From: an uncultured Chloroflexia bacterium
Lineage (GTDB): Bacteria > Chloroflexota > Limnocylindria > Limnocylindrales > CSP1-4
Length of the DNA: 64,000 nucleotides
Reading direction: 5' to 3'
NCBI GenBank assembly: GCA_963813535.1
Contig: CAWEZH010000001.1
Span: 128,001 to 192,000 of the forward strand
Both the position numbers and the translations under genes were made by a program. Within the stretch, counting starts at the first letter, position 1; the number at the start of each line of letters is the position of its first letter. The notes below the pieces were generated by a model that searched no databases, had not been told where the DNA came from, and saw nothing but the letters and a program-made list of their open reading frames with translations. Of this stretch, positions 32,247-43,453 are shown piece by piece.

Positions 32247-34077
32247 ATGGACCCGGCCCGCGTCATCTTCGGCATGTCGAACACCCGTCACTCGTTCGGC
32301 CGCCTGTCGCTCGCGCTTCTGGTCGTGGTCGGTGCCCTCTCCTGGACGACTGGTCCCATACACGCCCGAGCGAGCCATGCGACGCCGCGCTCGGGTGAAC
32401 CCGGCGTCGACTGCAACCCGCACGGCTCACCGCCACGGGAGCAGGCCGAGGAGATCCGGTCCGGCAAGCTCACGCTCCGACCGTTCCGCTCCATCCGGTT
32501 CCCGCGGAACCCGACGTGGAAGGAAGATCCCTTCCACGACGTGAACTGGGTGTTCCGCTATCAGTCGCTCCGGTTCATCCTGCCGCTGGTCCGCACGTGG
32601 CACCGCACAGGCGACTCCTGGTACATCCGGCGGGCCGTCTTCCTGGTTCGCGACTGGATCGCCGACAACCCTCGGTCCGCGCCGGCATCCCCGGCCGCCT
32701 GGGGCGATCTGCAGACGGCCTGGCGTGCCATGGTCCTCGCGTGCATCGTCCAGGCCCTGCCCGGCGCCACCTGGGCCCGCAACGCCCTGGCCAGCCATGC
32801 CCGCCTGCTGGCGACCCCCTCGTTCTACCGCTGGCACGGCAATCACGCCCTTGGGCAGGACCGTGCGCTGATGATCGCCGGCTGCACGCTCCGCCGTCCC
32901 GGGTGGGTACGCCTGGCGACGAGGCGGCTCACTGCGCTCGTCGTCGACAGCGTCGACGATCAAGGGGTCACGAACGAGCAGGCCGTCTTCTATCAGTACT
33001 ACAACTACAGCGGGTATCGCGCGGCCGCCGACCGACTGAGACGCTGCGGCTACGCGGTGCCCGCAGCGATGCGTCGGATCGACCGGATGCCGACGATTCC
33101 TGGCACACGCCACCCTGCCCGACGGCACGTACGTGATGCTGGGCGACACGGTCAGGCGGTCGGCGGCATCGATCGCCGGGACGCCCGCCGAGTTCGCGGC
33201 GACGTTCGGACGCCGCGGGCCGCGGCCGACGGCAGTCTTCGCCCGCTATCGGGCAGGGTTCGTGTTCGGCAGGACCGGATGGGGGGAGCGCCGCGCCTTC
33301 CGCGACGAGGCCGCGTACAGCCTTCGTTTCGGGCCGGGCCGGCGCTCGCACGGTCATGCCGAGCACGGATCCGTCACGTTGTACGCCTATGGGAAGCGGC
33401 TGGTCGACGACAGCGGCACGTTCACGCTGAATCAGAACCCGTGGCGCTGGTTCGCACTGGGTCGAACGGCCCACAACGTCGTGACCGTGGACGGTGTCGC
33501 GTACGACCCGTCCATCACGGCGCCACTGACGATGACGCGATCGGGTGCGGCGCGCGATGACCTGACCGTCGTCGACCGGGGCAATGCCGGCGTCGTCCAC
33601 CGGCGACGCGTGCTCTTCTCGAGGCGACTCGGCTACCTCGTGGTCGAGGATCGGGTGTCCGCCAGCACCTCACGCACCTTCCGTCAGCTGTGGCACCTCG
33701 ATTCCGGCACGGCGCCCGTCGTCAGCGCCCGGACGGTCAGGACGACCCGCGCGGCTGGCAATGTCCGCATCGTCCAGCTAGCGGTCGACGCGAAGCAGCG
33801 GATCATCGAGGGTCGCTCCGCGCCGGTCCAGGGCTGGATCTCCGACAACCTCAGTCGGCGACGACCCGCCCCGGTCGTGGAGGCGGTCGCCCGAGGACGA
33901 TCGGTCCGCTACCTGACGCTCGTCGTGCCGACTCGCCGCCCGAACGATCGGGTCTTCGTCTCGAACGTCCGGTTGACGCCGGGCGGGTGGAGCTTCGACA
34001 TCGACGTCGCCGGCGTCCGCGAGCACGTCCAGGCGACGTCGTACAACTCGGTCATCAGCTCGATCCGCGAACGGTAG
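32247..34077 (+). CDS. Heparinase II/III-like secreted protein, split by a frameshift near 33096
   Basis: GNH and EQAVFYQ in the first frame; PDG-LGD, HGHAE, DSG, AHNVV in the second; removing one base joins them. Confidence 0.75.
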
Positions 34078-34093
34078 CGGGGGGAGCGCCCGA

Positions 34094-34741
34094 CTAACCC
34101 CGGATCAGCACCGCCCACAGCGCGCCGAGGATGAGGAACGGGCCGAACGGCACGAAGCTCCGCCGCGAGATCCGTCTCGCCAACAGCAGTACCAGCAGGA
34201 CCGCCCCGGCCAGGATCAGCCCGAACAGCGTGGCGCTGAGCGAGCGATCGCCACCGATCATCAACCCCATCCCCGCCAGGAACTTCACGTCGCCCATCCC
34301 GAACGCGCCGGCCCCGAAGGGCAGGGACGGCAGGTACAGCAGCGCGGGGATCAGCACGGCGGCCGCGATGGCCAGCAGGAGCGCTCCACCGACCAGCGGG
34401 TTCAGCCCGGTGAGGGCGTACAGCAGCGCGAGCGGGATCACGGGCAGCGTCAGTTCGTCGGGCAGTATCCGCTGATCGAGGTCCGTGGCCAGCCCGACGA
34501 CCAGCGTCGCGAACCATGCCCCGAACGCGAGGAGCGCCAGCGTGTCGCCGGCGAATCGCATCGGCAGCAAGCCGAGGGCGACAGCTCCGACCGCCCCGCA
34601 CAGGACCGTCCGCCAGTCGACCGGACGACCTGGCGGATGCTCCTCGTCGTGTTCGGGCCAGCGCGTCGAGAAACGGTCGGCGGCGACGCCGAGCGCGCCG
34701 CCCGCGAAGGCGAGGACGAGGCCGAGCAGGTCGATCGTCAG
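34094..34741 (-). CDS. Prepilin peptidase (A24 family), no Cys/Zn domain
   Basis: TDLDQRILPD, GMGDVK, VPFGPFL; probable CTG start overlapping the pepA stop. Confidence 0.85.
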   Translation of the reverse strand: MTIDLLGLVLAFAGGALGVAADRFSTRWPEHDEEHPPGRPVDWRTVLCGAVGAVALGLLPMRFAGDTLALLAFGAWFATLVVGLATDLDQRILPDELTLPVIPLALLYALTGLNPLVGGALLLAIAAAVLIPALLYLPSLPFGAGAFGMGDVKFLAGMGLMIGGDRSLSATLFGLILAGAVLLVLLLARRISRRSFVPFGPFLILGALWAVLIRG

Positions 34742-36249
34742 GCGGCCCCGGCGAGGGCCAGCTCGACGAGCGTGGCATGGGCGACCCCGGTCGCGCCACG
34801 CGCCCCGAACGGCAGCGCCTTGCGGTAATACGCCGTCCCGGCGATGTCGAGATGGACCCACGGCACCGTCGCGAACTCGCGCAGGAACAGGCCACTCTTC
34901 ACGAGCGAGCCATCTGCGCCGCTCGAGTTCTGGAAGTCGGCGTACCAGCTCTCCATGTCGGGGACGTAGTCCTCGATCAGTGGCAGTTGCCAGTAGCGCT
35001 CTCCGGCGCGACCCGCCGCCGCCACGACGTCGTCGTACCACGCCTGCGGCTGCCCGAAGGCGCCCGTCACGAGATGCCCGAGCGCGCGCGCGACCGCCCC
35101 GGTCAGCGTCGCGACATCGACCAGGTGGGTCGCGCCGAGACGCTCCGCATAGGTCATGGCGTCACCGAGGATCAGGCGGCCCTCGGCGTCGGTGTTGGTG
35201 ATGTCGACCTTCTTGCCGTTGAGCGCCGTGACGATGTCACCGGGCCGGGTAGAGTGCGGGCCGGGCATGTTCTCGACGGCGGGAGCGACCGCCAGGAGCG
35301 GGGTCCCCGGGGCGAGGCGAGCGACGGTCTCGATCGCGGCGATGACCGTGCAGGCACCGGTCTTGTCCATCTTCATCTCTTCCATCCGGTCGGATGGCTT
35401 GATGCTGATGCCGCCGGAGTCGAAGCAGACGCCCTTGCCGATGATGGCCAGATGCCGGTCGAGCGAGTCGCGCTCCCCTTCCCCACCCGAGCGCATCACG
35501 ATCATGCGTGGCGGGTTGTCCGAGCCGCGACCCACCGCCATGAACATGCCCATCCCGAGCTCGGTCGCGCGCCGCTCGTCGATCACGTCGATCCACAGAC
35601 CGTGCCGTTCGGCGATGGTGCGCGCCTCCTCGGCGAGGACGTCGGGGTACATCTCGTTGGCGGCTCGGTTGGACAGCGTCCGGGCGGTGTTGGCGCCCTC
35701 GCCCATGATCACGCCACGCTCCGCACCCGCCGTGACCGCGGACGAGTCACCCCCGGGCACGATGAGGATCAGCTCATCGATCTCGGGCGGTCGCGACTCG
35801 ATCTCGGGGCGATACAGCGCTTTCGGGTCGTACGAGCCCTCGACGGCGCCCCGGGCGACCATCTCGGCAGCAGTCGCCGCATCGCCGTCGAACCCATCGG
35901 CGTCGACGATCGGCGACAACCAGACGGCCATCGATCGGACGGCGCGACCGGCGAGCCGCCTCTCGGCCGTCGCAGCGAGACGGGCCGCCACCTCGCGGTC
36001 GAGCTTATCGGGCTCGCCGGCGCTGACCGTGACGAGCCACTTCGCGGGCAGGTCGCCGCCTCTGGTCATCGCGCTCGTATAGCGCTTCGCTCGGAGCTCC
36101 TTGACCTCCGCCAGCGCGCGCAATCCCCCGCCGGACCGTCGATCGAGCTCATCGATGGGGCCGTCGAACGCGGGCTCGCCGACGATCGGGATGACCAGGA
36201 CGTCGGCCGCGACATCCCACGGCTGGTCGGTGACGACACGAAGCTGCAC
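34738..36249 (-). CDS. pepA: Leucyl aminopeptidase (M17)
   Basis: GKGVCFDSGG, MKMD, NTDAEGRL, ATLTG, HLDIAG. Confidence 0.95.
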   Translation of the reverse strand: MQLRVVTDQPWDVAADVLVIPIVGEPAFDGPIDELDRRSGGGLRALAEVKELRAKRYTSAMTRGGDLPAKWLVTVSAGEPDKLDREVAARLAATAERRLAGRAVRSMAVWLSPIVDADGFDGDAATAAEMVARGAVEGSYDPKALYRPEIESRPPEIDELILIVPGGDSSAVTAGAERGVIMGEGANTARTLSNRAANEMYPDVLAEEARTIAERHGLWIDVIDERRATELGMGMFMAVGRGSDNPPRMIVMRSGGEGERDSLDRHLAIIGKGVCFDSGGISIKPSDRMEEMKMDKTGACTVIAAIETVARLAPGTPLLAVAPAVENMPGPHSTRPGDIVTALNGKKVDITNTDAEGRLILGDAMTYAERLGATHLVDVATLTGAVARALGHLVTGAFGQPQAWYDDVVAAAGRAGERYWQLPLIEDYVPDMESWYADFQNSSGADGSLVKSGLFLREFATVPWVHLDIAGTAYYRKALPFGARGATGVAHATLVELALAGAA

Positions 36250-36389
36250 GGTGGTGTGGATCCTCCCGGGATTGCAGGCCGCTGGCGGTGCCCCTGTCGC
36301 GGCGGTCGCAGTGGTGTGGCGGCAGTGTACCCGTCAGTCAGGACCCGGGGCGGCATCTCCGCGATGCTGGTGCCGCGGCGCCCCGGCAG

Positions 36390-37352
36390 TCAGGGCGCGG
36401 GCTGGTCCGCGGGTCGTGCGAGGCCCTCCTCGAGGTCGGTATGGGCCTGCTCGATCTCGATCGCAGCGGCGTTGATGCCGCCCTGCCCGATGTCCGACAT
36501 GATCAGGACGAGCGACCTCGTGTCGGGCGGCAACCGGTCCTTGGCGCGCTGCTCGGCCTGCATGAGCTTGCGGACCTCGTCGGGGCCATCGCCGTTCCGC
36601 ACCGCCCGATAGAGAGCGCGCAGCGCGACGTCGTAGTCACCGCTCCGGTCCAGCCACTGATCGAGCGTGGTGACGTCCACCGTGGCGGCCAGCCGGTCGC
36701 GCATCGTCTTCGCGTCGGCGATCGCGGCATCCGCATCATCGAGGTGTTCGAGCGCTCCCGCGTACCGGCCTCGACGACCGTCGGCCGCGGCATCCACCAC
36801 GGCCTTGTCGTGCGCGGCGAGCAGCCTCGACAGGCGATTCGCGCTGAGGGCGCTGACGGTCAGCTGGGTCCAGGCGCTTTCGATCCCGTCGGTCGCGTCG
36901 AGGGCACCCAGGTACGCGGCGTGCCGTTCACGCGTCGCCGGTGACAGCTCATAGCCCTGCGCATGACTCCCGATGACCGGAACCTCGGCGAGGGCGTCGC
37001 GGATGCCCTGCACCCGCGCCTTGATGTCCCCGATGAGGGCGGTGCCATGGGCGGTCGCCGTGTCGATCGCCTCGGTCGAGTTGCTCGACAGGGACGCGAG
37101 GATGACCCGCGAATGTTGGCCGAGCATCTCGACGGCGACGGACAACTCGCCGATCTGGGTCTCGATCGCGTCCAGTGACGCATCGACCTGTGCGTCGCCG
37201 TACCCCGTCCGGCCGGTCCGGTCGCTCCCGTCGGCGGCCGGCGTGTCCATCCCGGCGACGATCCCGGCGGCACCGAGCGCGATGAGCAGGGCGGCCAGCA
37301 GCCAGACGAGCGTCACGACGGCCTGCCGCGCGAGGTCGGCGATGTTGGTCAG
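36390..37352 (-). CDS. Membrane-anchored helical hypothetical protein
   Basis: GGAGG 6 nt before CTG; N-terminal TM; amphipathic helices. Confidence 0.65.
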   Translation of the reverse strand: MTNIADLARQAVVTLVWLLAALLIALGAAGIVAGMDTPAADGSDRTGRTGYGDAQVDASLDAIETQIGELSVAVEMLGQHSRVILASLSSNSTEAIDTATAHGTALIGDIKARVQGIRDALAEVPVIGSHAQGYELSPATRERHAAYLGALDATDGIESAWTQLTVSALSANRLSRLLAAHDKAVVDAAADGRRGRYAGALEHLDDADAAIADAKTMRDRLAATVDVTTLDQWLDRSGDYDVALRALYRAVRNGDGPDEVRKLMQAEQRAKDRLPPDTRSLVLIMSDIGQGGINAAAIEIEQAHTDLEEGLARPADQPAP

Positions 37353-37428
37353 CGGGGTCCTCCGGGTCGGCAGCGGGAGGGGACGGATCGGTTCGACGGT
37401 CGAGGCCGCGGAATCGTAGCATCGGCTG

Positions 37429-38544
37429 GTGACCGTCCCCGATGCGCATCGGACCGATGGGCGTGCTCCCAAGGATGCCGGACCTGCCGCCATCGAGCGC
37501 ACGGCCGTGCGGCGGCTGCTCGAGGCGATGCCCAAGGCAGAGCTGCACCTCCATCTCGACGGCTCGGTCCGCATCGACACGGCGATCGACCTGGCGCGGT
37601 CCCGCGGCGTCGATGCCCCACGGGACTGGGTCGGGATGTCGGACGCGCTGATCGGCGAGATGCCGGGCACGTCGCAGGCCGAGCTGCTCAAGCGATTCGA
37701 CCTGCCGATCGCGCTGATGCAGGACGCCGAAGCGCTCGAACGGATCGCCTACGAACTCGTCGAGGCGAAGGCCGCCGACAACGTGCGCTACATCGAGGTC
37801 CGCTGGGGACCGCTGCTCCACGTCGCCAAGGGCCTGTCACTGGCCGATGGGATCGCCGCGGTCTGTCGCGGAGCGAACGCCGCCGCCCAGCGGACCGGCG
37901 TGACCGTGCGACTGATCTCGACCGCGCTGCGCTCGCACGACCCCGAACGGAACGTGGAGCTGGCGGAGACTGCCGCCCGGTTCATCGATCAGGGTCTGAC
38001 CGCCTGGGACCTGGCGGGCCAGGAGGCGGCCTACCCGGACCCGGTGATCCACGCCCGCTCGTTCGAGGCGGCCCGGGCCAACGGGCTGCGCATGACGATC
38101 CACGCCGGCGAGTGGGGTGGTGCGCCGCAGGTGCGACGCGCGATGGTCGTCGACCCCGAGCGCATCGCGCACGGGCTCAGCGCCATCGAGGATGCGGCTC
38201 TGTGCGCCGAGCTCCGGGCGCGGGGCATCACACTCGATCTCGCGCCACACTCGAACTGGCAGGCGGGCAGCGTCCCGTCGGTCGCCGAGCACCCGCTCGG
38301 GCCGCTCTACCGGATGGGCGTGCCGGTCACGCTCAACACCGACGATCTGACCGTCTCGGACCTGACGCTGTCGGAGGAGTACATCGCGGCGCACGAGGAG
38401 ATCGGGTTGAGCCTGCCCGACCTGTGGGCGATCGATCGCCACGCGCTCGACGTCGCATTCGCCGACGAGGCGACCCTCGCCCCGCTCCGTACCGAGTTCG
38501 GCGCCTGGGCGGCGCGCATCCCCGAATTGACCGGGACGCCCTAG
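37429..38544 (+). CDS. add: Adenosine deaminase
   Basis: PKAELHLHLDG, HAGE, RIAHG, NTDD. Confidence 0.92.
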   Translation: MTVPDAHRTDGRAPKDAGPAAIERTAVRRLLEAMPKAELHLHLDGSVRIDTAIDLARSRGVDAPRDWVGMSDALIGEMPGTSQAELLKRFDLPIALMQDAEALERIAYELVEAKAADNVRYIEVRWGPLLHVAKGLSLADGIAAVCRGANAAAQRTGVTVRLISTALRSHDPERNVELAETAARFIDQGLTAWDLAGQEAAYPDPVIHARSFEAARANGLRMTIHAGEWGGAPQVRRAMVVDPERIAHGLSAIEDAALCAELRARGITLDLAPHSNWQAGSVPSVAEHPLGPLYRMGVPVTLNTDDLTVSDLTLSEEYIAAHEEIGLSLPDLWAIDRHALDVAFADEATLAPLRTEFGAWAARIPELTGTP

Positions 38545-39395
38545 ACCTTCGACGTCTCGAGGTGCTCCAGCGCGGCGGCGAGCTCCGCGGCATCCGCGGC
38601 GACCGCATCGGGCTGGGCGTCGGGCGGGAGAGCGTCGACCTCCGCGCGCGAGGTGATCCCGGTCAGCATGAGGACGCTGCGCGCGCCGACCGCCTTCGCG
38701 CCGGCCAGGTCGGTGCCGATCCCGTCGCCGATCATCACCGCCTCCGTCGCCGATCGCCCGACAGCTTCAGCGGCCATCTCGAGCAGGTGCGGCTCCGGTT
38801 TGCCGATCGACAGGGGTGTCACGCCCGTGGTCGCTTCGAGGGCCGCGGCGATCGCCCCGGCACCCGGCCGGAGACCACGCTCCGTGGGATAGACGGGGTC
38901 ACGATTCGTGGCGATGAACCGGGAGCCGGCACGGATGCAGTCCGCGGCCGCTGCGAGGCGGAGGTAGGTCAATACCGGGTCGAGACCGCTCACGACGGCG
39001 TCCGGTGCACCTGCGGCGGCCCAGCCATCGATGCCCTCCTGGTGCATCCGGGTCGCGGCGTGGGCTGCGGTGACGACCTCCAGCCCGACATCGCGTAGCT
39101 CCCGCTCCAGCCCGCTCGCTCCGAGGGCAAGCACGCGCCGGATGCCGGGCTCGTGCCGCTGGATGTGGAGGGCGGTCGCGCGCGAGGACGACACGATGCG
39201 ATCGGGCGATACCGGACAGCCCATCGTCGACAGGCGCGTGACGTAGTCGGCTCGGTAGTGCATCGAGTTGTTGGTCACGTAGACGACGTCGTCGCCGCGG
39301 GCTGCCCGATCGGCCAGGACCGCAGCGACACCAGGGACGGGCTCCGCGCCGCGGTAGACGACACCGTCGAGATCGACCAGAAGGAGCAGGCTCAC
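38541..39395 (-). CDS. HAD-IIA hydrolase (NagD family)
   Basis: DLDGV, VTNNS, GKP, IGD-TDL. Confidence 0.92.
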   Translation of the reverse strand: MSLLLLVDLDGVVYRGAEPVPGVAAVLADRAARGDDVVYVTNNSMHYRADYVTRLSTMGCPVSPDRIVSSSRATALHIQRHEPGIRRVLALGASGLERELRDVGLEVVTAAHAATRMHQEGIDGWAAAGAPDAVVSGLDPVLTYLRLAAAADCIRAGSRFIATNRDPVYPTERGLRPGAGAIAAALEATTGVTPLSIGKPEPHLLEMAAEAVGRSATEAVMIGDGIGTDLAGAKAVGARSVLMLTGITSRAEVDALPPDAQPDAVAADAAELAAALEHLETSKV

Positions 39396-39443
39396 ACGAT
39401 CGATCGTAGCCGCGGGTCCGATGCCGCGTACAATTCCGGGACC

Positions 39444-40017
39444 GTGCCGACGTCCCACGACCCACTCGCCGCCACCGACCGTCTCATCGTCGACGGGTCG
39501 AACCTGCTGCCGGCACTCGCCCGCCAGGGGGGTGCCGTGCCGCAGGCCGCCCTCATCGGCCGTCTGCGCGCCGCGATCCCGCCCTCGGTCGGCGTGGAGT
39601 TGGTGTTCGACGGCGCTCCCGAGCCGGGCATGCGCGGGGAGCGGGTCGCCTCGGGGCTGATCGTCCGGCACGCCGGCCGACGCACGGCCGACGAGCTCAT
39701 CCTCAACCTGATCGACCAGACCGGGCGCCGCGGCCGGGAGCAGTGCCGTGGCGCGGCTGCTCGTGGTGACCGACGACCGCGCGCTCCGGGCACGGATCCA
39801 GCGGTCGGGCGCCCGGACTGCGGGCACCACGTGGTTGCTGGGCCGGCTCGACCGCCCGAAGCTCTCGTCGCCATCCGTCGGGAACCGCCGGCCGCCCCCG
39901 AACCCGACCGCCGCGAACGATGCCGAACGGGAGCCGTGGAAGCCCGGACGGGGCGCGACCGTCAAGCGGGGCAACCCAAATCGCCGCCGTCCATCGTCGG
40001 GTAGCATGCGGTCGTGA
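39444..40017 (+). CDS. NYN/YacP-like PIN-fold nuclease, frameshifted near 39724
   Basis: IVDGSN, VFDG, TADELI in one frame and VVTDDR in the next; extra G in a GGG run. Confidence 0.7.
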
Positions 40018-40496
40018 ACGTCGTCGACGCGCTCAACGGGCTGTGGAACACGATCCTCGACATCACCGAGATATTCGTGATCCCGGACTGGAACGCCGTC
40101 ATCGGCCTGATGCCGCTGTTGATCTTCCTCGGTGTCGTCGGTCCGCTCGTCACGTTCCTGATGCTTGGCATCATCGCCTACCAGGTCACCAAACCGCGGG
40201 CGCATCTCAAGCTCGCCGAAGGCCCCCAGGTCGCCCGGCTCGGCTCGGACGGCCAGCCGATCTTCCCGCCGGGCCTGCCGTTCTGCCGCGACCACGTGCT
40301 GATCTACCCGACGGGCACGATCCGCTGCGAACGCGGCGGCGAGGACCTGCGGGTCATCTGCCCGATGTGCGGACTGGGCCGACCGGCCGCGATCGACACC
40401 TGTGCCAATTGCGGGCTCGTGCTGCAGGTGAAGAACCACCCGGTCCCGGTCGTTCGCTCGACCGGGCCGAAGCCGGGTGGCGCCGCCGCGGCCTGA
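40014..40496 (+). CDS. Membrane protein with C-terminal zinc ribbons
   Basis: TM helix then CRDH, CERG, CPMC, CANC. Confidence 0.75.
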   Translation: MNVVDALNGLWNTILDITEIFVIPDWNAVIGLMPLLIFLGVVGPLVTFLMLGIIAYQVTKPRAHLKLAEGPQVARLGSDGQPIFPPGLPFCRDHVLIYPTGTIRCERGGEDLRVICPMCGLGRPAAIDTCANCGLVLQVKNHPVPVVRSTGPKPGGAAAA

Positions 40497-40545
40497 CCGG
40501 TCGGCGCAACCCTCGACCCTTCCCGAGCGTCAGAGGCGATAACGA

Positions 40546-41487
40546 ATGGCCGAACTCTCGTCGATCCTCTTCCCCATCGGTGTCGTCCTCGTGGCGCTCG
40601 CCTTCGCGGCGCACGTCGGTCATGCCGTGATGCTCGCCAACGGCAGGCGGGTCGCCCTGCCGGCGATGGCGTCGGCGGCCCGACCCGCGTACGCCGGTGT
40701 CGCCACGGGATCGTTCGTGACATCGACGACGGCTGCGGTGAGCGGTGGTCCGACCGTCGCCGCCTCACCGAGTCCGCTGTCGCGGGCGGCCACGTGGCTG
40801 ACGCTGCTGGCCATCGGCGCGTTGGGCGCATCGCTGCTCCTTCGCGGCATCGTGGTCGGGCGAGGCCCGTGGGGCAACATGTTCGAGTTCACCGTCGCCT
40901 TCGCGACATCGATGGTGGCCGGGTACGCCTTCCTGGCCCGCCGGTACCCGATCCGCTCCATCGGCTTCCTGCCGCTCGGCGTGGCCCTGGCGCTGCTGCT
41001 ATACGCGTCGTCGCTGCCGCGCGAGATCTCGCAGCTCGTGCCGGCCCTGCAGAACCCGCCGCTGCTGACGATCCACGTCGGGATGGCGGTCCTGTCGTAT
41101 GGGATCTTCGCGACGTCGTTCGGTGCCGGGGTCGCCTACCTCATCCAGGGCCAGGATGACCGGTTCGCGTGGCTGCCGTCGCATAAGGTGCTCGACGAGG
41201 TCGCGTATCGGGCCGTCATCATCGGGTTCCCGATCTTCGCGACGATGATCATCCTCGGCTCGTGGTGGGCGTCGATCGCCTGGTCCCGCTACTGGGGCTG
41301 GGACCCCAAGGAGACCGCGGCCCTCGTCACGTGGCTGATCTACGCCGTGTACCTGCACGCCCGCAACCAGCGCTCGTGGGCCGGTCGACCGGCCGCACTG
41401 CTGCTGGTGGTCGGCTTCGGGATGGTCCTCATCACGTACTCCGGATCGCTCTGGTTCACCGGACTGCACGCGTATTCCGGGCTCTAG
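40546..41487 (+). CDS. ccsA: Cytochrome c biogenesis protein CcsA/ResC (system II)
   Basis: WSRYWGWDPKET (WWD) motif, LVPALQ, IHV, GLHAY. Confidence 0.92.
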   Translation: MAELSSILFPIGVVLVALAFAAHVGHAVMLANGRRVALPAMASAARPAYAGVATGSFVTSTTAAVSGGPTVAASPSPLSRAATWLTLLAIGALGASLLLRGIVVGRGPWGNMFEFTVAFATSMVAGYAFLARRYPIRSIGFLPLGVALALLLYASSLPREISQLVPALQNPPLLTIHVGMAVLSYGIFATSFGAGVAYLIQGQDDRFAWLPSHKVLDEVAYRAVIIGFPIFATMIILGSWWASIAWSRYWGWDPKETAALVTWLIYAVYLHARNQRSWAGRPAALLLVVGFGMVLITYSGSLWFTGLHAYSGL

Positions 41488-41494
41488 ACCCGGC

Positions 41495-42435
41495 ATGACG
41501 ATGGCCGCCACGGGTGGCGCGATCATCGACACCCACGGGCTGGCCAAGCGCTACGGCCGCACCGACGCACTGATCGACCTGACCCTGCGCGTCGAGCCGG
41601 GCGAGATCTTCGGGTTCCTCGGGCCCAACGGCGCGGGCAAGACCACGGCCGTGAAACTGCTGCTCGGGCTGGCCCGCGCGACCGGTGGCAGCGGGACCGT
41701 GCTCGGGGCGCCGCTCGGCGACAGGGCGGCACGTCGCGATGTCGGCTACCTGCCGGAACTGTTCCGGTACCAGCCCTGGCTCAGGGCGCGAGAGGTGCTC
41801 GAACTGCACGCCCGGCTTCGCTCGGTCGACGGTGGCGCGTCGACCTCTTCGGCCGACATCGATGCGGTCCTTGGCGTGGTCGACCTGGCCGACCGGGCCA
41901 CAGACGCGGTGGGTGCCTTCTCGAAGGGCATGCAGCAGCGGCTGGGGCTGGCCGTCGCGCTGCTTGGTGCACCCCGCCTGGTCGTCCTCGACGAGCCGAC
42001 GTCCGCCCTCGACCCGGTGGGCCGCGCCGACGTCCGGGCCATCGTCCGACGCGCCGCTGAGGCCGGCTCCACCATCTTCCTGAACAGCCACCTGCTGACC
42101 GAGGTCGAGCGGGTGTGCGATCGCGTCGCGATCATCGACCACGGCCGAGTCCTGGCCAGCGGGCGCATCGACGAGCTGCTCGGCGAGCCGCAGGTCCGGA
42201 TCCGGGTCATCGGACCTGTCCTCGGAGGGGATGCGGCGCGCTCGCGGGGTTCGGGCCCGTCGAAGCGGGCGACGACGGCTGGCTGTCGATCACCGGCGTG
42301 GAGCCCGACCGCGTACCGGATGTGGTCGCCACGATCGTCGCCGCGGGCGGGCGGATCCACGCGGTCGAGTCGGGTCGGGCGACGCTCGAGGACCTGTTCA
42401 TGCGCCTGGTCGGTGGCGGCGAGGTGCCGTCGTGA
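41495..42435 (+). CDS. ABC-2 transporter ATP-binding protein, frameshifted near 42210-42240
   Basis: GPNGAGKT, FSKGMQQR, LDEPT, NSHLL; C-terminal TLEDLF in another frame. Confidence 0.82.
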
Positions 42436-43292
42436 GGGCGATCTGGATCATCGCCCGGGTCACCATCGCCGAAGCGTCGCGCCGTCGGATCCTGCTGGTC
42501 CTGCTGGCGCTGACGCTGGTCAGCGTCGCGCTCACGACCTGGGGTGTCGAACGACTGGTGTCGCTCGCGCGCGAAAACGACGCCGACCCCATCGAGATCC
42601 AGATCGGCGTCTCGCAGGTGCTGATCCTCGTCGCGTTCATGTTCAGCTTCGTCCTGGCGATGACCGCGGCGTTCCTCGGCGCACCGGCGATCGCCGCGGA
42701 CCTCGAGTCGGGAGTCGCCCACGCGATCCTCGCGCGGCCCATCCGTCGCGCGGATCTCGTCGTCGGGCGCTGGGTCGGGCTGGTCGCGGTCGTCGCCGCA
42801 TACGCCGCGCTGTCGGGGCTGCTCGAGATGGGCGCTGTGCGCCTCGTGTCCGGCTACCTGCCGCCGGCGCCGCTGCTGGCGGTCGGGTTCCTCGCGGCGC
42901 AGGCGGTCGTCCTGCTGACGTTCGCGCTGGCCATGAGCACACGCCTCCCGGCGATCGCCAGCGGCGCGGTCTGCGTGGTGGTATTCGGGCTGGCGTGGAT
43001 GGCCGGGGTGTTCGCAGGCGTCGGCCGGTTCTTCGATGCTGGGCCGCTCGTCACCGTGGCCGAGGCATCGCGCTGGCTCATCCCCTCGGACGGGCTGTGG
43101 CGCGGCACGATCCATGCGCTCGAGCCGCCCATCGTCGTCGCCGGGGCGATCGGCGTCGGCGGCCCGGCTGCCGAATCGAACCCGTTCTTCGCCTCGACCC
43201 CGCCACCGACCGAGTTCCTGCTGTGGTCCGCGGCGTGGATCGTGCTGGTCCTCGCGGCGGCGACGGTCTCGCTGTCCCGACGCGACCTGTAG
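42432..43292 (+). CDS. ABC-2 type permease
   Basis: GTGA overlap; DLESG...LARPIRR; ends RRDL. Confidence 0.85.
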   Translation: MRAIWIIARVTIAEASRRRILLVLLALTLVSVALTTWGVERLVSLARENDADPIEIQIGVSQVLILVAFMFSFVLAMTAAFLGAPAIAADLESGVAHAILARPIRRADLVVGRWVGLVAVVAAYAALSGLLEMGAVRLVSGYLPPAPLLAVGFLAAQAVVLLTFALAMSTRLPAIASGAVCVVVFGLAWMAGVFAGVGRFFDAGPLVTVAEASRWLIPSDGLWRGTIHALEPPIVVAGAIGVGGPAAESNPFFASTPPPTEFLLWSAAWIVLVLAAATVSLSRRDL

Positions 43293-43381
43293 CGCGTCCC
43301 TGCTGAAACGCCGGTCGGTGTCACCCACGCTTGGGGTGTGGACAGGTGTCCGATTCACCTCGACCGGTCGGACAATCGGTG

Positions 43382-43440
43382 CGCTGAGGGCCACGTTTGG
43401 AAGCACGGAGCACTCACCGTGTTTGGCCGCGCCCTCAGCG
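43382..43440 (+). promoter_or_regulatory. Structured 5' leader of the arc operon
   Basis: CGCTGAGGGC/GCCCTCAGCG outer stem and AAGCACGG/CCGTGTTT inner stem ending right at the GGAAGG RBS. Confidence 0.5.
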
Positions 43441-43453
43441 GGAAGGCGTGCCG

